DNA of 11,733 nucleotides from positions 1-11,733 of the forward strand of contig JBBITJ010000013.1 in NCBI GenBank assembly GCA_037440825.1, in the 5' to 3' direction. The notes under the pieces are model-generated. The model saw nothing but the letters and a program-made list of their open reading frames with translations. It was not told the origin of the DNA and did no database searches. The position numbers and the translations under genes are program-made. Shown here piece after piece: positions 1 to 5,142 of the stretch (the first letter of the stretch is position 1; the number at the start of each line of letters is the position of its first letter). This DNA comes from Candidatus Micrarchaeota archaeon. GTDB taxonomy: Archaea > Micrarchaeota > Micrarchaeia > Anstonellales > Bilamarchaeaceae.

Positions 1-18
1 TGAACAAGAATAAGCATT

Positions 19-167
19 AGCCCCAGGAGGGGATTGAACCCCCGACTTCCAGTTTTTTCACCCAAACCTCCTCGTTAGAGGGGGGTTGCTTGGGGTCAAG
101 CACTTTAGGGGGCGCTCCCCCTGAAGGGCTGTACGAAACTGGCGCTCTACCACTGAGCTACTGAGGC
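19..167 (-). tRNA. tRNA-Thr(CGT) with a 77-nt intron (55..131) at canonical position 37/38; CCA not encoded
   Basis: The reverse complement folds as acceptor GCCTCAG/CTGGGGC plus U73, D-arm GCTC-AGTGGTA-GAGC, anticodon arm CCAGT-TT-CGT-A[intron]A-ACTGG, variable loop AAGTC and T-arm GGGGG-TTCAATC-CCCTC. Mature length is 72 nt. The anticodon CGT lies at 135..133. Confidence 0.95.
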
Positions 168-248
168 GCAATATTGTTTCCTGTTTTGTGTTTTCAGTTT
201 CGAAATACGAAAGCTAGGGCGAGAACATTATCTCTCTGCTTCAAATCA

Positions 249-257
249 TTTTTATAT
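249..257 (+). promoter_or_regulatory. Putative TATA box of pilin gene 1
   Basis: TTTTTATAT starts 41 nt before the GTG. An SD-like GGTGA is at 281..285. The same 9-mer and similar spacing occur before pilin 2. Confidence 0.6.
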
Positions 258-289
258 CTTTCCAGTTTATTCAACCCGAAGGTGATGAA

Positions 290-736
290 GTGAAAGGCCA
301 GGGATCTACGGAATATCTTGTAATTCTCGCAGTTGTGCTCGTCGTTGCGCTCGTGGTGATCGGGCTTCTGGGCCAGTTCACGGAATTCGGAACCAGCGGT
401 CTGGAGCAGCAGAGCAAGAGCTACTGGCACTCAGCAACCCCGATTTCCATCCAGAATATAAAAGTGAGCGGCACTTCGGTGGAGATTGAGGTGAAGAACC
501 AGCTCGCGCAGCGCCTCAACCTCACGAACGCATCCTTCGACGGCGTGGACTTGGGAATAACGAACACGGTCCTTGCGGCAGGCCAGACCGCGGTGCTCAA
601 CGGAACACTGAGCAGTTTCACGTGCACGATAGGCCAGCCCTACGAGTTCCTCAACGTCACCTTCACGTACAACCAAGGAACTCTCTCCGGAATGAGGCAG
701 GTCGGCTCGAAGCCGCTCTACGGAAGGTGCTCGTGA
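290..736 (+). CDS. Archaeal type IV pilin-like protein with class III signal peptide (148 aa)
   Basis: N-terminus MKG|QGSTEYLVILAVVLVVALVVIGLL matches [KR]G|Q-x-S-x-E plus a hydrophobic helix. The C-domain is beta-rich, with two Cys and 4 N-x-S/T sequons. GTG start follows the GGTGA SD. Confidence 0.88.
   Translation: MKGQGSTEYLVILAVVLVVALVVIGLLGQFTEFGTSGLEQQSKSYWHSATPISIQNIKVSGTSVEIEVKNQLAQRLNLTNASFDGVDLGITNTVLAAGQTAVLNGTLSSFTCTIGQPYEFLNVTFTYNQGTLSGMRQVGSKPLYGRCS
368..429 (+). repeat. 62-bp perfect direct repeat, copy 1 (copy 2 at 883..944)
   Basis: CTGGGCCAGTTCACGGAATTCGGAACCAGCGGTCTGGAGCAGCAGAGCAAGAGCTACTGGCA is identical in both pilin genes. Confidence 0.95.
708..734 (+). repeat. 27-bp perfect direct repeat, copy 1 (copy 2 at 1253..1279)
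   Basis: CGAAGCCGCTCTACGGAAGGTGCTCGT is identical at the 3' end of both pilin genes. Confidence 0.93.
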
Positions 737-759
737 GCGCGGAGCGCCCTCGGACGTGA

Positions 760-774
760 GAAAGCTTTTTATAT
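760..774 (+). promoter_or_regulatory. Putative BRE-TATA promoter of pilin gene 2
   Basis: GAAAGC followed by TTTTTATAT (766..774), 39 nt before the ATG at 805. SD GGTGA is at 796..800. Confidence 0.65.
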
Positions 775-804
775 TTTCTCCTATATGTTTTGCGCGGTGA
801 TCAG

Positions 805-1281
805 ATGAAGGGACAAGGTTCAACGGAATACTTGGTCATCCTTGCAGTAGTCCTAGTAGTCGCTCTGATAGTCATAGGCTTGCTGGGCCAGTTCACGGAA
901 TTCGGAACCAGCGGTCTGGAGCAGCAGAGCAAGAGCTACTGGCAATCGGCCAGCCCGTTCTCCATCCAGAACGCGAAGATTAACTCGAGCGAAGTCAAAC
1001 TCGAAGTGAAGAACATGCTCTCGCAGAGGCTCAACCTCACGGACATAAAGTTCGGGGACACTGTCGCGACCGCGACGACCATAAACGCGACCGGCGCTTC
1101 CGGAACGATATTCAACGCAGGAGAAATCAAGGTTCTCACGAGCGTCGGATACGCGATTCCGGGCGGATGCGAATTGGGCAACATATATCAGATCAACACC
1201 GTGCTGTTCACGTACAACGCTGGCAGCATAACCGGCCAGACGCAGGTTGGCGCGAAGCCGCTCTACGGAAGGTGCTCGTAA
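805..1281 (+). CDS. Archaeal type IV pilin-like protein with class III signal peptide, paralog of 290..736 (158 aa from ATG 805)
   Basis: Same MKG|QGSTEYL N-terminus and same C-terminal KPLYGRCS as pilin 1. ATG 805 follows the GGTGA SD and aligns with the paralog start, so it is preferred over TTG 790. Confidence 0.88.
   Translation: MKGQGSTEYLVILAVVLVVALIVIGLLGQFTEFGTSGLEQQSKSYWQSASPFSIQNAKINSSEVKLEVKNMLSQRLNLTDIKFGDTVATATTINATGASGTIFNAGEIKVLTSVGYAIPGGCELGNIYQINTVLFTYNAGSITGQTQVGAKPLYGRCS
883..944 (+). repeat. 62-bp perfect direct repeat, copy 2
   Basis: Identical to 368..429. Confidence 0.95.
1253..1279 (+). repeat. 27-bp perfect direct repeat, copy 2
   Basis: Identical to 708..734. Confidence 0.93.
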
Positions 1282-1325
1282 CCTTCTTCCCTTTTCCTTT
1301 CCTTTTTCTTCAATTCTCTCTTCTC
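1282..1325 (+). terminator. Putative archaeal pyrimidine/oligo-T terminator after the pilin pair
   Basis: CCTTCTTCCCTTTTCCTTTCCTTTTTCTTC... directly follows the TAA stop and is an almost purine-free tract. Confidence 0.6.
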
Positions 1326-1369
1326 AGCGATTGATTAAGCTTTAAAACCATCCCGGCCTAGTGGATACC

Positions 1370-2275
1370 ATGCCAATAGAGGATATTTCTTTGGAGGACG
1401 CGCAATCCGCCAAAAGGCTCGTTTCAAGATTTCCCAACGCCGGCTTCCAGGCGTCCAACATCGCCAAAGCAATATCCATAACGAACAGGATGAAGAAGGA
1501 GAAAGCCACCATCTATTTCACGTTCACCGCCAACATGGTGGCAACCGGGCTCAGGGGGCTGTTCGCGGAGCTGTGCAAAAGGAAATATGTCGACGTGATA
1601 ATCACGACCGCAGGCGCGCTGGAGCACGACTTCATAAGGGCGCACGCGGATTATGGCCTGGGCGACTTCTCCATGGACGACGTGAAGCTGCACAGGGAGA
1701 GGACGAACCGCATAGGCAACGTCCTCGTGCCGACTGACAATTACATCTCCTTCGAGGAGAGGGTAACGCCTGTGCTGGAGAAGCTCTGGGCGGAAAAGAA
1801 AATCGCGAGCCCGAGCGAGATTTCATATGAGATGGGCGCGAGTCTGAAGGACGAGGGCTCGTTCCTTTACTGGTGCTCGAAAAACGGAATTCCGGTATTC
1901 TGCCCGGGCATAACCGACGGCGCGCTCGGCCTCCAGACGTATTTCTTCAAACAGAAGAGGAAGGACTTCGGGATAGACGTTACCAAGGACATGGGGAAGC
2001 TCGCATCGCTTACGCTCAATTCAGACAAGACCGGAGGCATAATCCTCGGCGGCGGAATCTCCAAGCACCACGCGATAGGCGCGAACATACTGCGCGGCGG
2101 ATTCGACTACGCTGTGTACATGACCACCTCGCAGCCCTGGGACGGAAGCCTGAGCGGCGCAAGAAGCTCTGAGGCCGTGAGCTGGGGCAAGATTTCCGAG
2201 AAGGCGAACCACGTCACAGTGGACGCAGAGGCCACGATCGCGTTCCCGCTCCTCGTGGCGGGGCTGGAATTATGA
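1370..2275 (+). CDS. dys: Deoxyhypusine synthase (aIF5A modification)
   Basis: Motifs GFQA, FTANMVATGLR, ITTAGALEHD, NRIGN, PGITDG, LGGGISKHH, DGSLSGA and EAVSWGK (catalytic Lys). ATG 1370 is preferred over GTG 1361 because TTTAAAA at 1341 lies 29 nt upstream. Confidence 0.96.
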   Translation: MPIEDISLEDAQSAKRLVSRFPNAGFQASNIAKAISITNRMKKEKATIYFTFTANMVATGLRGLFAELCKRKYVDVIITTAGALEHDFIRAHADYGLGDFSMDDVKLHRERTNRIGNVLVPTDNYISFEERVTPVLEKLWAEKKIASPSEISYEMGASLKDEGSFLYWCSKNGIPVFCPGITDGALGLQTYFFKQKRKDFGIDVTKDMGKLASLTLNSDKTGGIILGGGISKHHAIGANILRGGFDYAVYMTTSQPWDGSLSGARSSEAVSWGKISEKANHVTVDAEATIAFPLLVAGLEL

Positions 2276-2826
2276 ACGAGTGGGTATTCTACATCCTCGC
2301 AGCCTGCACCGGCGTGTTCGTGAAGCTCGTGGACCAGATGGAGGACGTGCCTCCGGAGAACGAGCGGGACAAGAGGATGTACGGCATGCTCAAATACCCC
2401 CTCGCGATTGCTTACGGGCTGGTGATCGGCTATACGCTCTCGTTCTCCACATTCTCGACGCTCTGGCTCGCGGTGCTCGCTGCCCAGTTCATAACCGGCA
2501 AGATAGACAAGCCCAGCCATTTCATGGGCTTCTTCATCTCCATAGCGTTCGCAGTGGTCCTGGGGATAGGGAACCTGGATTTCTGGGACTTCTTCATCCT
2601 GATGGTCGCCGGAGCGATGGATGAGATGGAATTCGTGGCAGCGGTGCGCGACTACCGCCTCGTGCTCAAGCTCGCAACGCTCGCATTCGGCATCTTCGGC
2701 AGGTGGGAATATTTCATCGCGATAATCGCGTTCGACCTCGCATACTACGCGACAGGAAAATTGTTCCACAACGGCAAGGGGAAGGAGGGCGCTGCTCCGG
2801 CGCCGCCGGCTGCGCAGCCCGCATAG
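2272..2826 (+). CDS. Hypothetical polytopic membrane protein (about 5-6 TM)
   Basis: Alternating hydrophobic segments, ATGA overlap with the dys stop, and codon usage like its neighbours. Acidic motifs VKLVDQMED, GKIDKPSH, MDE and FDLAY. Confidence 0.8.
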   Translation: MNEWVFYILAACTGVFVKLVDQMEDVPPENERDKRMYGMLKYPLAIAYGLVIGYTLSFSTFSTLWLAVLAAQFITGKIDKPSHFMGFFISIAFAVVLGIGNLDFWDFFILMVAGAMDEMEFVAAVRDYRLVLKLATLAFGIFGRWEYFIAIIAFDLAYYATGKLFHNGKGKEGAAPAPPAAQPA

Positions 2827-3482
2827 TTCAGCCTTACGAATATTTCCCCGAAGAATTCGTCTTGTTTCAGGTCCACCATCTTCTTCTGCGAAAGGTGGAG
2901 CAGGGGAATCAGCGTGTAGATGGTCTCGTCAGCGGTCTTCCTGTCCAGCAACGCTGAAAAAGTCGCCCAGCCTTCGCTGTCCGCGCGCTGCCTGAGCTTC
3001 CCGAAAACAGCCTCCATGCGCTCCTCTATGTCGAAGCGCGGCGCCTCTATGGTTATGACTTCCTCCACGCTGCGCGGCTTGGGCTTCTCGCGGTTGTCGT
3101 CGTATTTTATCACGCGCTCCATCTCCGTGAGCAGGTCCTTCAGGGTTACGGGGCCCTTGGGCGGTATGCGCGAAACGAGCTCCAATTTCGGGATTTCCTC
3201 GGCAGAGGGCTCTTCCGGATAGGTTTCCTGCAGCTGCGGCTCTTCCACTATCTTCAGGGCGTTGCTCTTGTACTTGAGCAGTATCGCAGCAGCGAGTATT
3301 ATGTTCGCCGGCACGTGGAGATCCAGCGTCTTCATCTCCCTCACCCGCCCGAGGAAGCTGTTGGCGAGCACGATGATGTCTATGTTCCACGGATCGAGCT
3401 TCTCGGTCGCTATCATATCTAGAAGCACCTCCTTCCACGTGGGCTTGAGCACCATGCGCTCTATCTCGTTCTCGCCGCTCAT
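2745..3482 (-). CDS. scpA: Segregation and condensation protein A (kleisin subunit of SMC complex)
   Basis: N-terminal LDPWNIDIIVLANSFL and AAILLKYKS, central VTLKDLL..M, and C-terminal winged helix with PLLHL..K.VDLKQDEFFGEI, all typical of archaeal ScpA. Confidence 0.92.
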   Translation of the reverse strand: MSGENEIERMVLKPTWKEVLLDMIATEKLDPWNIDIIVLANSFLGRVREMKTLDLHVPANIILAAAILLKYKSNALKIVEEPQLQETYPEEPSAEEIPKLELVSRIPPKGPVTLKDLLTEMERVIKYDDNREKPKPRSVEEVITIEAPRFDIEERMEAVFGKLRQRADSEGWATFSALLDRKTADETIYTLIPLLHLSQKKMVDLKQDEFFGEIFVRLNYAGCAAGGAGAAPSFPLPLWNNFPVA

Positions 3483-3574
3483 AATCGAGTTTTAAAATAT
3501 TCTTTTTTTAATCTAATCGGACAAATAAGGAATCGATTCGATGGCGGAAAAAGGCATCAGGCAGGTGGCAATTA

Positions 3575-4669
3575 ATGGACATTACTGAAGCTAAAATACT
3601 GGACGCAGCAGAGCCGCTCTCAAAGGCTCTGGACGAGATACTGAAGAGCGGGACGGCGGTCTTCGTCACGAAGAACTCGCAGCTATTCGGGCTCATAGAC
3701 GACAGGAACATGCGCATGGGTATCTCGGACGCGAGCAAGACGAAGTGCGAGAGCGCCTGCATCAAGTGCCCCTCGATAGCGAACAGCGCGGGCATACCCG
3801 AGCGCCTCGAGGCGTTCCTTGCAGGCCACTTCAAGTCCCTTCCGGTGCTGAACGCCAATGGCAGGATAATCGGAGCCACCACGCGCGCGGACTTCATACG
3901 CGAGCTGGTCTCCCAGAAGCTGGTTCCGCACGTGCAGGCGTACCAGCACATGAGCAGGCCGGTCTGCACCGTGGAGTGCGACCGCACGATCGCGGACGCG
4001 AAGTCCATGATGAAGAAGAACGAAGTGCACCACCTCGTCGTGACGCGCGGAGGCAATATAGCAGGGACGATATCCACCTTGGATTTCGCAGGCTTCCTCA
4101 TCAATCCCCAGGGAAGGCAGTCCTACCAGCTCATAAGCAGCGTGCAGAACTTCGACTCCTACAAGCTGGAGCAGGTCATGCGCCCGAACTTCATAGCCAT
4201 AGACGAGACCGCGACGCTCGAGGAGGCGGCCTCGAAGATGGCTTCGGAGAACGTCTCTTCCGTAGTCGTAGTGTCGCAGAAGAAGCCCGTGGGCATAATC
4301 GCGGCAACGGACATATTCAAGCTCGTGAAGAAGCTCTACGAGGAGGAGAAGGACGTGCTGGTGAGCGGGCTGGACCAGGACAACCTCGCGTACTACGGCA
4401 GAATAAAGGGCGAAATCCTCTCGATAGTAAGCAAATTCGATAAGTCCATGAAGATCGAGAACATCACGGTGCGCATAAAGAAGGGCAAGAGCATCTACGA
4501 AGCGGATACGCACTTCGACCTCAACAACAGGCACATCGCGTTCAAGTGCGAAGCATACAACCTCAGGGACACCATCGCCGCCATTTCGAAGGAGCTGAAA
4601 ATACTGCTCGAGAAGGCGAAGAGCGCGAAGATGGAGCGCAAGAAGTCCTCTGCGCTAGAGGAGGGATAA
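3575..4669 (+). CDS. 4xCBS-domain protein with C-terminal HPF/RaiA-like domain; probable archaeal ribosome hibernation factor
   Basis: Four CBS repeats ending in GLIDDRNM, GATTRADF, GTISTLDF and GIIAATDI. They are followed by a domain of about 95 aa (from about 4349) with a beta-alpha-beta-beta-beta-alpha pattern (VLVSGL / helix / ITVRIK / YEADTHF / IAFKCEAYNLRDTIAAISKELKILL). SD-like AGGTGG at 3563. The CBS call is strong; the HPF call is by pattern recognition. Confidence 0.8.
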   Translation: MDITEAKILDAAEPLSKALDEILKSGTAVFVTKNSQLFGLIDDRNMRMGISDASKTKCESACIKCPSIANSAGIPERLEAFLAGHFKSLPVLNANGRIIGATTRADFIRELVSQKLVPHVQAYQHMSRPVCTVECDRTIADAKSMMKKNEVHHLVVTRGGNIAGTISTLDFAGFLINPQGRQSYQLISSVQNFDSYKLEQVMRPNFIAIDETATLEEAASKMASENVSSVVVVSQKKPVGIIAATDIFKLVKKLYEEEKDVLVSGLDQDNLAYYGRIKGEILSIVSKFDKSMKIENITVRIKKGKSIYEADTHFDLNNRHIAFKCEAYNLRDTIAAISKELKILLEKAKSAKMERKKSSALEEG

Positions 4670-4680
4670 AAGGGGCAACC

Positions 4681-5136
4681 ATGGACACGGTTCACGAAAC
4701 CAGGAACGGAAGGCGCGAAACCAGCTTTGGGCAGGTTAGCCTGGAATTCATGGTGATAATCGGTTTCATAATAATGCTCTTCATCCCGCTCGTCTTCTTC
4801 ATCTATTACAAGACATCCGAGCTCAACAACGGCATAGAGGGGCTCGAGAGCCGCCTCGTCTCGTCCAAGCTCGCTTTCATATCCAATTCGCTTGGCTTCC
4901 TCGGCGACCGCAACTCGCTCAAGGTCGAGATCACGCTTCCGGAGATGGTGCGGAGCCTTGAATTCAACACCCTTGGCGAAGGCGGCGAAGTGCTCATAAC
5001 CATGAAGGACGGGACCCAGATTTCCCAGGTCACGAGCTTCCCGTTCGCAGGCACAGGCAGCTATGCTGGAGGCGCTGTGTACAAGCTTGAATTCATCTCC
5101 CAGAACGGCACGATCTACGTGCTTCCTTCTTCCTAG
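4681..5136 (+). CDS. Pilin-like (class III signal peptide-like) protein, putative minor pilin (151 aa)
   Basis: G|QVSLEFMVIIGFIIMLFIPLVFFIY is followed by an amphipathic helix and a beta domain (..ITLPE..). ATG 4681 lies 11 nt after the upstream stop; the ORF-track start at 4546 overlaps the upstream gene. Confidence 0.75.
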   Translation: MDTVHETRNGRRETSFGQVSLEFMVIIGFIIMLFIPLVFFIYYKTSELNNGIEGLESRLVSSKLAFISNSLGFLGDRNSLKVEITLPEMVRSLEFNTLGEGGEVLITMKDGTQISQVTSFPFAGTGSYAGGAVYKLEFISQNGTIYVLPSS

Positions 5137-5142
5137 AATCAA

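Noticed and set aside
1..60. tRNA 3' end as an integration (att) site of a mobile element
   Set aside because: No duplicate of the tRNA 3' half and no integrase were seen in the window. The downstream flank is only 18 bp.
55..131. tRNA intron as a C/D box guide RNA or a nested second tRNA
   Set aside because: It has no RTGATGA or CTGA boxes. The hairpins have 4-nt loops and lack the TTCRA T-loop and D-loop GG.
368..1279. CRISPR array or IS terminal repeats
   Set aside because: Each repeat has only two copies, both in-frame within paralogous CDSs. There is no spacer periodicity and no cas or transposase gene.
290..1281. Diversity-generating retroelement (TR/VR pair) as the explanation for pilin similarity
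   Set aside because: Differences are not confined to adenines in either copy, indels are present, and there is no reverse transcriptase in the window.
3541..3588. 15-codon uORF (MAEKGIRQVAINGHY) overlapping the CBS-HPF start out of frame
   Set aside because: It is too short to support and could arise by chance. The main ATG has its own SD. Only Ribo-seq or conservation could rescue it.
4546..4680. N-terminal extension of the 196-aa ORF
   Set aside because: It overlaps the CBS-HPF gene out of frame. ATG 4681 gives a sensible pilin-like leader.
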